DNA of 64,000 bases from the NCBI GenBank assembly GCA_036677065.1, contig JAKFBS010000011.1, forward strand, positions 64,001 to 128,000, read 5' to 3'. The translations under genes were made by a program, and so were the position numbers. The DNA is from Bdellovibrio sp. GTDB lineage: Bacteria; Bdellovibrionota; Bdellovibrionia; Bdellovibrionales; Bdellovibrionaceae. The notes below the pieces were generated by a model. That model searched no databases and was not told the DNA's origin. It was given only the letters and a program-made list of their open reading frames with translations. Shown here piece by piece: positions 1 to 9,369 of the stretch (positions are counted from its first letter, which is position 1; each line of letters opens with the position of its first letter).

Positions 1-2
1 AA

Positions 3-1280
3 GTTTTTATTCAACGTGGTGGACAAAAAATCCAAGTCAAAAAAGACGATACCATTTTAGAATCAGACATTATCGAATCAGAAGCCGGTACGGCCCGTAT
101 TACGATGATCGATTCAAACTTAGTCGACGTTTATCCGCGATCAAAAGTTGAAATCGCAAAATACATTTACAAACCAAATGAAGATCAAAAAGAAGTCGAA
201 TTAAAAATCGATTTCGGTAAAATCAAATCTACAGTTAATCAAAAATATGACGGGGCTAAAAATAAATTCCAGGTGAAAACACCATCAGCAGTAGCCGGTG
301 TTCGCGGAACAGTATTTACTGCTGAATACGACAGAATTAAAAAAGTTTCTAAAGTCGTAACCATCGAAGGGTTAGTTGCTGTATCTAAAATGCTTGATCG
401 CGAAAGACAAACGCCTCCGGTATTTGTACGTCCCGATCAGGTTGTAAAAGTTGATGTTGAACAATCAAAAGCTGAACAACCGCGCGATTTAAAACCAGAA
501 GAGCGCGATGTTCGCCAACAAGAAGATAAAGACTTAGGTTACCAATACGATCCTAAAAAAGAACCAAGTCTAGAACAACAACCTACTGGTGCTGTCAAAG
601 AACCGGTAAAAGAAATCAAAGAAATCGTCGTTCGCGAAGTTAAAGAAATTCGTGAACCGATTAAAGAAATTGCTGTTGTAGAACCTGTTAAAGACACGGC
701 TGTTGTTAAAGAACAAATTAAAGAGCGTCGTAAAGAATTCAAAGAACGACTTAAAGAACTTAAAGAAGTAAGACGCGCTAAAGACGATGAGCCAATTAAA
801 GAAATTAGCGTTCGCCCGCCGGTCGTTAATGAAATGCCGCCGCGCGAACCTGTTAAACAAATCAAAGAAACTATCACCACTGCAGTAAATAACTCGGGCA
901 AGCGTGAACAATTGCAACAGCAAGCTCAAGAGCGCCGTCAAAAACAGCTCGAAGAAGAACAAGGCAAAAAACAGAAGCAATTAGAAGAAGACCAGGCTCG
1001 AAAACAAAAACAGTTAGAAGAAGAGCAGGTCAAAAAACAAAAGCAATCTGAAGAAGAACAAGCCAAGAAACAAAAACATCTCGAAGAAGAGCAAGCTAAA
1101 AAGCAGAAGCAGTCTGAAGTCGCACAGGCAAAAAGACGGGCCATGGAAGAAGCTCAGAAAAAATCTGAGTTAGCTCGTCGTCTGGCTGAAATTGCAAAAC
1201 GCGGTTCAGTCATCAGACCTCCGTCTGGAATAGACACTGGCCTGACACCTCCGAATACAATTACTCCTATCAATAAATAA
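3..1280 (+). CDS. FecR-domain protein with long charged/coiled-coil C-terminal tail (5' end outside window)
   Basis: Frame is open from nt 3 (VFIQRGGQKIQVKKDDTILESDII...). FecR-type motif 'FQVKTPSAVAGVRGTVF...VVTIEGLVAV'; E/K/Q-rich tail. Confidence 0.8.
   Translation, partial: VFIQRGGQKIQVKKDDTILESDIIESEAGTARITMIDSNLVDVYPRSKVEIAKYIYKPNEDQKEVELKIDFGKIKSTVNQKYDGAKNKFQVKTPSAVAGVRGTVFTAEYDRIKKVSKVVTIEGLVAVSKMLDRERQTPPVFVRPDQVVKVDVEQSKAEQPRDLKPEERDVRQQEDKDLGYQYDPKKEPSLEQQPTGAVKEPVKEIKEIVVREVKEIREPIKEIAVVEPVKDTAVVKEQIKERRKEFKERLKELKEVRRAKDDEPIKEISVRPPVVNEMPPREPVKQIKETITTAVNNSGKREQLQQQAQERRQKQLEEEQGKKQKQLEEDQARKQKQLEEEQVKKQKQSEEEQAKKQKHLEEEQAKKQKQSEVAQAKRRAMEEAQKKSELARRLAEIAKRGSVIRPPSGIDTGLTPPNTITPINK
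939..1118 (+). repeat. 33-bp coding tandem repeat, about 5.5 copies (QKQLEEEQAKK-like 11-aa unit)
   Basis: Units start at 939, 972, 1005, 1038, 1071 and 1104 (partial); units diverge at many third-codon positions. Confidence 0.9.
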
Positions 1281-1367
1281 TAAATCGCTGCGACTTACTC
1301 GGCTTTAGGTAAGTCCAGTCTCTTTTTAACGATGATCAAGCCTAACGCCTTATGATAAATTTATATC

Positions 1368-2939
1368 GTGAGGCATTTCATCTTTGTACTACTTCTCATT
1401 CACTGTTTTTCATTAACGGCATATGCCGTTAATTTAAAATATATAAACGGCCTATACTTACATAAAAATTGTGAGTACTTTGCCCGCGATCTTAAAAGTA
1501 ATTGGGATATCATTCCCGAAAACGAAAGAAACGACTACCTGGCAAAGCTTGCAGATTGTTCTGTAGACCGCGGCCAATTAGAATTTGCTGAATCATTATT
1601 TAATAATCTTGAACGCAAAGGTTATAAATCTTCAATTTTAAACCAGGCTAAAGCTAAACTTGATCTTTCGCGCAGTGATTTTAAGCGCATTACCGATGAT
1701 TACGAATTGAAAAAACCTAAAAAAGCGACTTTTCAGTATTACATCTACGTAGCGCAAAGTTATTACGAACAAGAAGACTATGATTCTTCGCTGAAAATTT
1801 TAAGTTATATCAGCCCGAATAAACTAACTGATTACCAAAGAAATATAATTCGCTACTGGAAAGCTAAAAATTATTTTTTAAAAGACGAATACGACAAAAC
1901 GACCTATTTTTTAGATTTAATCTTAGAAGATGATGAAGAACGCGGTTGGGTTAAAGATGCTGCCCAGGTCTTAAAAAATGCCGTTCATGATAAATACAGA
2001 CCCTTTCGTGCAGTGATTTATTTAAATGCCACTTACGACACAAATACCAACAAACAATCTGTCGTCGAAAATCTGACGTTAAATGATAAACCAGCGTCTT
2101 ACATCATCGACGGAACATATCGAATAAACCCATCGCTTGATTTTTATATCAGAAAAGACCGCACGACAAAAAAATACATCAATCTTGATTTCAGCTTTGC
2201 GTGGTCTAGTAAAGAAACCGCCAACGAATCAGAAACCTATTCCATTAAATTCAGAAATTCTAAAAAAACTGATTCACGCAATACTTTTTCTTGGGATTTA
2301 GGTTTAACTAAATCACAACTTGAATTTTTAGATGCGTCTAATGATGCCTTTTTACGCTTAGGTTTATTTCATCTAATCACTGACGATAAATTTGCTACCG
2401 CGACATATCGTTACAGCCGAAATATTGAATTTCAGTACAAATATGCTCACACCGTTTCACTTTCGCTATTTAAAGTCTATGACACGCAACTGCTTTACGG
2501 CACGATTTCGCATAGCCAAAATTTTGATGAAGCTGCTAGGTATGATTTTGATGGTTTTTCTGCACCTATCGCCGAAAGTGGAACCGTTTTTGGTAATTAT
2601 GGCATAACCAGCATTGATTTAGCCCACAGTATTGATTTCACTGATGAGCACTCATTACGAACACAATTGTCTTACTCAAACACAGCCTACCAGGCTGAAG
2701 ACTTACCTGCCGGCTCTGAAGCTTTAACCAACTCAACAGCTAAGCGCAGTGATCAGACTTATAGTTTTTCTTTGGTGTATGCCAATAAATACGATGCAGA
2801 AACAAACATTGAACTTTTCGCGACAGCTATTTTAGGCAGAAGTCACGGCCACCAAGGCTATATTTCTGCCGGTGAATTCAGTCACAAAAATTACACAGCT
2901 AACCAATTTGGTATTAATTTAGATTGGACCTATGAATAG
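1368..2939 (+). CDS. Secreted TPR protein with predicted C-terminal outer-membrane beta-barrel
   Basis: Signal peptide; TPR-like helices (YYIYVAQSYYEQEDYDSSL, RYWKAKNYFLKDEYDK); 'YDTN' then alternating beta-strand pattern; ends FGINLDWTYE. Confidence 0.65.
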   Translation: MRHFIFVLLLIHCFSLTAYAVNLKYINGLYLHKNCEYFARDLKSNWDIIPENERNDYLAKLADCSVDRGQLEFAESLFNNLERKGYKSSILNQAKAKLDLSRSDFKRITDDYELKKPKKATFQYYIYVAQSYYEQEDYDSSLKILSYISPNKLTDYQRNIIRYWKAKNYFLKDEYDKTTYFLDLILEDDEERGWVKDAAQVLKNAVHDKYRPFRAVIYLNATYDTNTNKQSVVENLTLNDKPASYIIDGTYRINPSLDFYIRKDRTTKKYINLDFSFAWSSKETANESETYSIKFRNSKKTDSRNTFSWDLGLTKSQLEFLDASNDAFLRLGLFHLITDDKFATATYRYSRNIEFQYKYAHTVSLSLFKVYDTQLLYGTISHSQNFDEAARYDFDGFSAPIAESGTVFGNYGITSIDLAHSIDFTDEHSLRTQLSYSNTAYQAEDLPAGSEALTNSTAKRSDQTYSFSLVYANKYDAETNIELFATAILGRSHGHQGYISAGEFSHKNYTANQFGINLDWTYE

Positions 2940-3639
2940 GAGCAAAACTATGAACCAACAAGTTAAATGGTGTTTTTACGATCCCGAAACAAAAACTAAA
3001 ACTGCCGATCTAGCTACTGACGAAGCGCAAATGACCATTTTAAAAATGCGCCCAAAAGATATCAACCGTTTCTATTTTTCGCGCAGTGATGACAGCGCCT
3101 GGAAGCCTTTAAAGTTATTAATGACCTCAAGTGCATCTCCGTTTGCCGGTTTAGCTTTACTGACTTCAATGGGAGCAGAAAAAACCGCACAGCCTGTAGC
3201 TAACCCCAAACTAAAAATGCACCCGGTAGATCGTGGCACACAAGACGAAATCGAACGCACATTTACAAATTCTTGCATTGATAATAATAAAACATTAGCC
3301 GTAAGTTTTAAAAAACCATTAGCCCATAAAATCGAAATCGTCATCATGAACAAACAAGGCATGATTTTTCGGGCAAATGCGATCAATGCCACACAAGAAG
3401 GTACTCTGTGTGATAAGGTTATTCCCAATCATTTCCACAATACAATTCTTGATGTGGTTATTATTAACTCTGCAGCAGCCAATAAATTTTTTGAAAAAAT
3501 TAAAATCACCGGAAAAATCGCAACCACTGGTAATGGCCAGTACTTAGAATTTAATTTTCCAGCTGATGCTTTACGTAGTCAGCTAGTTGAAAGTTTAAAT
3601 TTTTGCGAGAACAACTCACACCGTAAAAAAGCTATTTAA
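2932..3639 (+). CDS. Hypothetical protein, degenerate PilZ-like C-terminus; paralog of 8465-9301
   Basis: N- and C-terminal blocks align by eye with 8465-9301; overlaps upstream stop and is coupled (TAATG) to the cyclase. Confidence 0.55.
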   Translation: MNRSKTMNQQVKWCFYDPETKTKTADLATDEAQMTILKMRPKDINRFYFSRSDDSAWKPLKLLMTSSASPFAGLALLTSMGAEKTAQPVANPKLKMHPVDRGTQDEIERTFTNSCIDNNKTLAVSFKKPLAHKIEIVIMNKQGMIFRANAINATQEGTLCDKVIPNHFHNTILDVVIINSAAANKFFEKIKITGKIATTGNGQYLEFNFPADALRSQLVESLNFCENNSHRKKAI

Positions 3640-6239
3640 TGAAAATCAAAATCTACGGAATCATTTTAGCCAGCATACTTTTTTTAAGCTTTGTCATGCT
3701 TAATTTAAAGTATAAAAGCATTCAAAATAATCCCGAGGTTGTTGAAAACAATGTTTTTTATAGTTTTTTATTCGAATTTAATAATAAAATTTACGACACC
3801 TTTTACAAAAACAAAGCCGAACGCCAAAAAAGTGATAATGTTTTTTTAATCGATATTGACGAAGATTCTGTGCGTGAATTAGGACGCTGGCCTTGGTCGC
3901 GCGAAATTATCGCGACGATCTGGGAAAACAGCATGAAAAACGGCGTCAAAGTTATCGCCAATGATATTATCTTTTCAGAAGCGCAAAATAAGAAAGCCGA
4001 TGGCCGCTTAGAAGAAGTTATTAAAAAATACCCGGCACAAATTATCTTAGGCACCTTCGGCGAAGGCCCGATTGCTTATGGTAACCCACCCTATCAAGAT
4101 TATTGTTTTGTCGAATCATTTCGCCGCAGCGGCGGCGATAAAATTGTGACTTTAAATGCCACTTTAACATTTGATGATAGTAATTCACAATTTGAGCAGG
4201 TTTTTTTCAGTAATGAACTAAAAGCGATATTTGATGATCTTGATCAACAGTTTGAACAAACCTATTTAGCACGTATTAATAAAAAATCGCTGCAAGATTT
4301 AGATTTTTATCAGAAAAATAGTCTTGCGTCTGAAAAAAGTCGTAATTTAGTCAGCTACTGCTTTCGTTGGCTGCAAGATGACGATGAGTATTTACGAAGT
4401 GCCGGGCAGGATTTATTAAAATCTTATAATGCAAGTTTAGACCGAATTCCCGGATACGAAAAATTGCCATCTTTAAATGATAAAATCAAAAAATTTAAAG
4501 ATGATGTAAATCAATTATTAGTTCCACAGTTCGCCACGTGGCCAGCCAATATTTCTGAAATTCAAACGGCTGCCGAATACACAGCTACGTTTAATGCTGA
4601 TATAGATTTTGATGGTGTGATCCGCCATTACCCGTTGATCTACCGCTCGGGTAATAAAACGAATTTGAGCTTTATCCCGTCATTGGCTTTACAAGCTTAT
4701 TTATTAGCTACCGGCTATCAGGCTGTCTTTTACCCTAAAGTAGAAAACAATATTAAAACCATCAACAGCGTAGTTATTCGTGATATCGAAAATGAAAAAG
4801 ATGTGATGTCGCTGCCGGTTGATTCAAATGGTCGTTTAAATATTAATTATTACGGCCGCGGAAATTCAATTCCTTACGTGTCAGCCCGCGATTTATTTCA
4901 TGATGATAACCCCGAAATGGTGGTGCAGTTAAATGGCCGTGCCACAACCGTGAATAAAGCCCAATGGCTTAAAGGTAAAGCCGCTGTTATGGGACCAACC
5001 GCAACAGGCATCTTCGATTTACGAAACACTCCGGTAGAAACAGCTTTACCTGGAGTAGAAATCCATTTAACCGTATTAGGTAATCTGTTTGATCAAACCT
5101 TTATGAAGGTTTCACAAAATGAATTTAAAATTTCAGTTTTTGTTCTACTATTTCTGACGATTTCCATTGTCGGGCTATTTCTATATAGTAATTTATTTAT
5201 CGCTTCATTATATTTATTAGTCGTTAATTATGGCTTATATAAAGTGGCCTTACACAACTTTAATAAAAACCTGTATTTTGAGCTTTTAGCACCAGCAGTT
5301 ATATTTACAGTTTCTATATACATCGTCTTTTTGATTTATATTTATTTCTTCGAAACCAGAAAGTCTAAAGAAATTAAGAACACTTTCTCAAAATATGTCT
5401 CTAAAGAAATCGTTGAAGAAATTTTAAAAAATCAGGAAAACCTTGAGCTTAAGGGTCAAAAATTAAAAATGACCGTGTTCTTTTCTGATATCAGAAGTTT
5501 TACAACTCTTTCTGAAGAAATGGACCCACAAGAATTATCATTAATGTTAAATAAATACTTTACCCCCATGTCAGAGATCATCTTTGGCTCTAATGGTACT
5601 ATTGATAAATTTATGGGTGATGCGATTATGGCCTTATTTGGAGCTCCGCTCAATTACCCGGATCACCCGCAAAAAGCTTGCACTGCCGCACTCCGCTGTA
5701 TTGAAAAATTAAAAGATGTAAATATCGAATTAAAAAAACGTAACTGGCCAGAACTAAAAATTGGTATCGGTCTTAACACCGGCATCATGGTTGCCGGCAA
5801 TATCGGTTCAGATCAAATCCAAAGTTATACGGTGATCGGCGATGAAGTGAATTTGGGTCAGCGTTTAGAAAGTTTAACGAAGACTTATCAGGCTAAAATT
5901 TTAATTTCGGAAAGTACTTATTTAGAAGTCAAAAATGAATTTATCGCCCGCGAAGTCGATAATGTGCGCGTTAAGGGTAAAAACCGTGCCGTTAAAATTT
6001 ACGAATTAATTGCACACCGTAAAACTCATCCAGATATGGCATTTTTTGATTCTTACCATCAAGCTTTACAGCAGTTTTATGCAAAACAATTCAGTGAAGC
6101 TGAAATAGCTTTTACCGAATTGTTAAAACAAAAGCCCGATGATTTTTTAACTCAGATGTATCTAGAACGTTCTGCCTACTGCTTGAAAAATCCAGTTCCT
6201 GAAACCTGGGACGGCGTATTTGAACGCCGTAAAACTTAA
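3639..6239 (+). CDS. CHASE2-domain class III adenylate cyclase
   Basis: CHASE2 motifs 'IDIDEDSVRELGRWPWSR', 'DFDGVIRHYPL', 'PGVEIH'; about 3 TM segments; catalytic 'FFSDIRSFT', 'DKFMGDAIMA' (Lys = ATP specificity), 'YTVIGDEVNLGQRLE'. Confidence 0.93.
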   Translation: MKIKIYGIILASILFLSFVMLNLKYKSIQNNPEVVENNVFYSFLFEFNNKIYDTFYKNKAERQKSDNVFLIDIDEDSVRELGRWPWSREIIATIWENSMKNGVKVIANDIIFSEAQNKKADGRLEEVIKKYPAQIILGTFGEGPIAYGNPPYQDYCFVESFRRSGGDKIVTLNATLTFDDSNSQFEQVFFSNELKAIFDDLDQQFEQTYLARINKKSLQDLDFYQKNSLASEKSRNLVSYCFRWLQDDDEYLRSAGQDLLKSYNASLDRIPGYEKLPSLNDKIKKFKDDVNQLLVPQFATWPANISEIQTAAEYTATFNADIDFDGVIRHYPLIYRSGNKTNLSFIPSLALQAYLLATGYQAVFYPKVENNIKTINSVVIRDIENEKDVMSLPVDSNGRLNINYYGRGNSIPYVSARDLFHDDNPEMVVQLNGRATTVNKAQWLKGKAAVMGPTATGIFDLRNTPVETALPGVEIHLTVLGNLFDQTFMKVSQNEFKISVFVLLFLTISIVGLFLYSNLFIASLYLLVVNYGLYKVALHNFNKNLYFELLAPAVIFTVSIYIVFLIYIYFFETRKSKEIKNTFSKYVSKEIVEEILKNQENLELKGQKLKMTVFFSDIRSFTTLSEEMDPQELSLMLNKYFTPMSEIIFGSNGTIDKFMGDAIMALFGAPLNYPDHPQKACTAALRCIEKLKDVNIELKKRNWPELKIGIGLNTGIMVAGNIGSDQIQSYTVIGDEVNLGQRLESLTKTYQAKILISESTYLEVKNEFIAREVDNVRVKGKNRAVKIYELIAHRKTHPDMAFFDSYHQALQQFYAKQFSEAEIAFTELLKQKPDDFLTQMYLERSAYCLKNPVPETWDGVFERRKT

Positions 6240-7561
6240 AAGCGCGTTAAATAAACGTACTGGATACCGATTGAAGAATCAGCATAAGTATAATCTTCGA
6301 TCGTTGAATCATTGCGCGACAGACCTAAAAATCCATTGATCGTGGTGCGATCGCTTAAATCTTTTGAAATTGAATAAGTCAGCACGGCTAAATTATCGCG
6401 TCTGGCTAATTCAGATAAGTTATAATTAGTTAAACCGTAGCTGGCTTTAAAAACCGAATACGTGTTTTTAAAAGTCGGTCTTTCATAGCTTAGATTTGTG
6501 TAAACTTTGTAATAACTGGCATTATCACCATCGGCATCATTTAAAATAAAACCTAATTCTCCAGTTAGACTTTGCATCCGCCGCATTGAGTATTTTAAGG
6601 CTCCAGAAATGTCATATTTAATTGCCGTTTGATTATCTTCAGCATCAGTAAAAGTTAATTGCGATTGATCGCGGCCTATAATTAACTGGCCATCTAAATC
6701 TAAATCAGTAGTTAATTTCGAGCCCAGCGTTTGTTTAAAATACAAAAGTGTAATCGACATTTCGCGAATTTGTGAATCAGACGGTAACATGTACAAACCA
6801 ATATTTGCCGATGAGCTGCTGCGGTAGCCGTCAAAATTAGTTCTATAAGGAAGCGTCGCTAAAAACATCGTCGCATCAGCAGCCTGAATTTCTGGTGTTG
6901 ATTCTAATTTATGATTTAAAGTGCGGTTATCAGCAATGTACAACATCGGTTCAATAACAGAATTCTGATCTTGATAAAATTTATAAGCCATAAATCCGCT
7001 GGCATTCAAAGTGTGCCCAACAAGAACATCCTGCTGAGGTGCCACATTTAAAGCATTACTGTCATAACCATAACCGGCCGTAAAGCCCATGGTGTATTTT
7101 AATTTGTCAGATTCAATTTGATTTTGAATTTGCATGCATTTTTCGATTAATTTTTCAGCGCGTCTGTCTTGTTCGGGGTCTTTAGAGGTATCGATCGATA
7201 ATTCAAGACTGTTCACGGCTTTTTCGTAATCGCCTTTATAGTACTGACTCAGACCTAGATAATAATAAGCTAAAGATATTTCTTTAACACTGTTTGCGCG
7301 GGTGACTTCTGATAAATACTTTTCGGCTAAATCATAATTTTCAATACGATAATAATTTAAACCCAATAAGTAATAAATTCCCGGCGTTTGGCTTGGATCA
7401 CTTTTCAATTTTTGTAAGACGGCAATTGAAGATTCAAATTGTTCTTTTTTATAAAATTCATAGGCCTGTGCAAAGGCCGGTGGGAGCGACTCTAGGGCCT
7501 GAGTTTGCGCATACACAGAAAAACTTAAAAGACTCGATAAAAGAATAACGATATTTTTCAT
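6236..7561 (-). CDS. Secreted TPR protein with predicted C-terminal outer-membrane beta-barrel
   Basis: Signal peptide; clear TPRs (YYLLGLNYYRIENYDLAEKYL; YYYLGLSQYYKGDYEKAV); 'GYGYDSNA' then beta strands; C-terminal Phe (VYLTRF). Confidence 0.75.
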   Translation of the reverse strand: MKNIVILLSSLLSFSVYAQTQALESLPPAFAQAYEFYKKEQFESSIAVLQKLKSDPSQTPGIYYLLGLNYYRIENYDLAEKYLSEVTRANSVKEISLAYYYLGLSQYYKGDYEKAVNSLELSIDTSKDPEQDRRAEKLIEKCMQIQNQIESDKLKYTMGFTAGYGYDSNALNVAPQQDVLVGHTLNASGFMAYKFYQDQNSVIEPMLYIADNRTLNHKLESTPEIQAADATMFLATLPYRTNFDGYRSSSSANIGLYMLPSDSQIREMSITLLYFKQTLGSKLTTDLDLDGQLIIGRDQSQLTFTDAEDNQTAIKYDISGALKYSMRRMQSLTGELGFILNDADGDNASYYKVYTNLSYERPTFKNTYSVFKASYGLTNYNLSELARRDNLAVLTYSISKDLSDRTTINGFLGLSRNDSTIEDYTYADSSIGIQYVYLTRF

Positions 7562-7563
7562 AT

Positions 7564-8352
7564 TTAGCGCTCGATGATGATGTTAACATTTGCAGGTTTA
7601 TTAATAATATTTTTTGCAGAATCACCCAGTAAGTTATCATTGCGCTCTTGAATCGCGATAATCTGGCTTAAGTCATTTTTAGGAACAAAAACTTGTTGTG
7701 GATCAGTGCCCTTATCGTCTTTTCTTACGGCTGTATCACCTTCGATACGTTTTAATTCTGACGGGCTGACTTTGACCGGTGAACCAGGCTGTTTGCCATC
7801 GATATTTTCTGAAGTCTCACCACGTTTAACTAACACAGCCTCAGTTAATTTATTTGATAAAGTATCTAAACCACGAAAAATAACTTCACCACGAAATGTA
7901 GTTACACCAGTGATATTATTTGATTTACGATAACTGGTCATAAACTGGGTTCCGCGCACACCGACGACAGCAGAAGGCGTTTTAATTTCAAATCTATTTT
8001 CATTAGTATCATATTTTTGTTCGACGTTAGTGCGCACTTTGCCTTCGAATAAACTTAACCGCACATTTTTTTCTTTAGTGTCATTAATATACTGATCAAT
8101 GCGCAGCTTCGTTTCTGGTAACACGTTAATAATATTGCGATCACTCATGACAATTTTAGCGCGCGAATCTTTGCCGGTAATGATGGTATCTTGGGGGTAC
8201 ACTTTGCTTCCCACTTTTACACCCATTGGCTGAGATTTCATTTTAGCAACTTGCACTTGGCCTTTGACGATCATTAACAGACCGTAAGTTTCCTCAGCTA
8301 AAGCCTGGGAAAAACCGCCTAAAACCAACAAAATCGGGATTAATATTTTCAT
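7564..8352 (-). CDS. Periplasmic FecR-domain protein
   Basis: Signal peptide; 'DTIITGKDSRAKIVMSD', 'LFEGKVR', 'FEIKTPSAVVGVRGTQF'. Confidence 0.85.
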   Translation of the reverse strand: MKILIPILLVLGGFSQALAEETYGLLMIVKGQVQVAKMKSQPMGVKVGSKVYPQDTIITGKDSRAKIVMSDRNIINVLPETKLRIDQYINDTKEKNVRLSLFEGKVRTNVEQKYDTNENRFEIKTPSAVVGVRGTQFMTSYRKSNNITGVTTFRGEVIFRGLDTLSNKLTEAVLVKRGETSENIDGKQPGSPVKVSPSELKRIEGDTAVRKDDKGTDPQQVFVPKNDLSQIIAIQERNDNLLGDSAKNIINKPANVNIIIER

Positions 8353-8430
8353 AGCAAATATTATCTCTGTAACTCAGACAAAAGTTTACTAGACCATCAT
8401 CCAGAATTCACTCTGGCAAACGCCTAGCCT

Positions 8431-8457
8431 CAAATACGAGCCCCCGTAAACCGATAA
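8431..8457 (+). promoter_or_regulatory. Candidate sigma-28 (FliA) promoter
   Basis: CAAA-N15-ACCGATAA versus consensus TAAA-N15-GCCGATAA; 7 nt before ATG 8465. Confidence 0.5.
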
Positions 8458-8464
8458 TAATCAC

Positions 8465-9301
8465 ATGTCGACTACGGGTAAAACTTGGGTACTACTTGAT
8501 GGTATCACTAAAATTCAATCGCAACCGCTGCAAACCGAGCAGTTGCAATTAGCCATTCTTAAATTGAGTGAGCGCGATTGGACAAGATTTTACGTGTGGA
8601 CGCAAGGTTGGCAAAATTGGCAACTGTTAAAAGATTTTTTAAACAGCGATCAAAAAGATTTTGCTTTGGCAGGCGCGCCAGCTTCTGAAGAAAATGTGAA
8701 AGCACATATTCATGCACAAATAGCCAGTCGCAAAAAAGTAGCGATTCAACCGCAACAGCAAGAAGACACTGTGACTAAAACGGCCCATTATCCCCAGCAA
8801 AAACAAGCTGGTGGTAAAGCTATGACCATGGTGAGTTCATCTGAAGAGACGATCGTTCCTGAAAGCATGGAAAAAGATTACAACGGTGATACCATTGATG
8901 AAAGTGCTTATCACAAACCACCACAGCCATTAGATTTTAAAGAAATCAGCGAAGCTTATAAAAACCGTGCTGAACGTCATGAATTAAAAATTGAAATTTT
9001 ATTAATTTCACAAAAAGGTAAAACTTTTAAAAGTTATTCTCGAAATATTTCTCTGACAGGAAGTCTTTTAGAAGATAACATCCCTTTTGATTTTTACGGC
9101 GTGCAATTTGATATGGTCGTTGTGAATCGCAATTCACTAAACCCACAGAATGGCCGTGTGCAAATGCGCGCTGAAACTGTTGGTGATGGCCTCACTCAGC
9201 GTGTACGCTTTGTGGCTCCGTCAGAGAAGCACAAACAACGTCTAATGAATTTGCTGAATGATTATCTTACTCAGCAAGCTAAACTACGAAAATCTGGCTA
9301 A
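8465..9301 (+). CDS. PilZ-like domain protein with GYF_2-like N-terminus
   Basis: 'YVWTQGWQNWQLL' N-terminal motif; C-terminal 'NRAERHELKIEI...RNISLTGSLL' (N-x-S-x-x-G). Confidence 0.6.
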   Translation: MSTTGKTWVLLDGITKIQSQPLQTEQLQLAILKLSERDWTRFYVWTQGWQNWQLLKDFLNSDQKDFALAGAPASEENVKAHIHAQIASRKKVAIQPQQQEDTVTKTAHYPQQKQAGGKAMTMVSSSEETIVPESMEKDYNGDTIDESAYHKPPQPLDFKEISEAYKNRAERHELKIEILLISQKGKTFKSYSRNISLTGSLLEDNIPFDFYGVQFDMVVVNRNSLNPQNGRVQMRAETVGDGLTQRVRFVAPSEKHKQRLMNLLNDYLTQQAKLRKSG

Positions 9302-9369
9302 ATTTGTTACCTAGAGATAACGATAGACTCTAACCCCGTTGCTACGGTAAATGTGCGCATGAGGTGTCT

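Noticed and set aside
939..1118. CRISPR-like array
   Set aside because: Units are contiguous, in frame and codon-degenerate with no unique spacers; a protein repeat
539..1144. Minus-strand ORFs 539-901, 570-980 and 938-1144
   Set aside because: Antisense shadows of the low-complexity FecR tail
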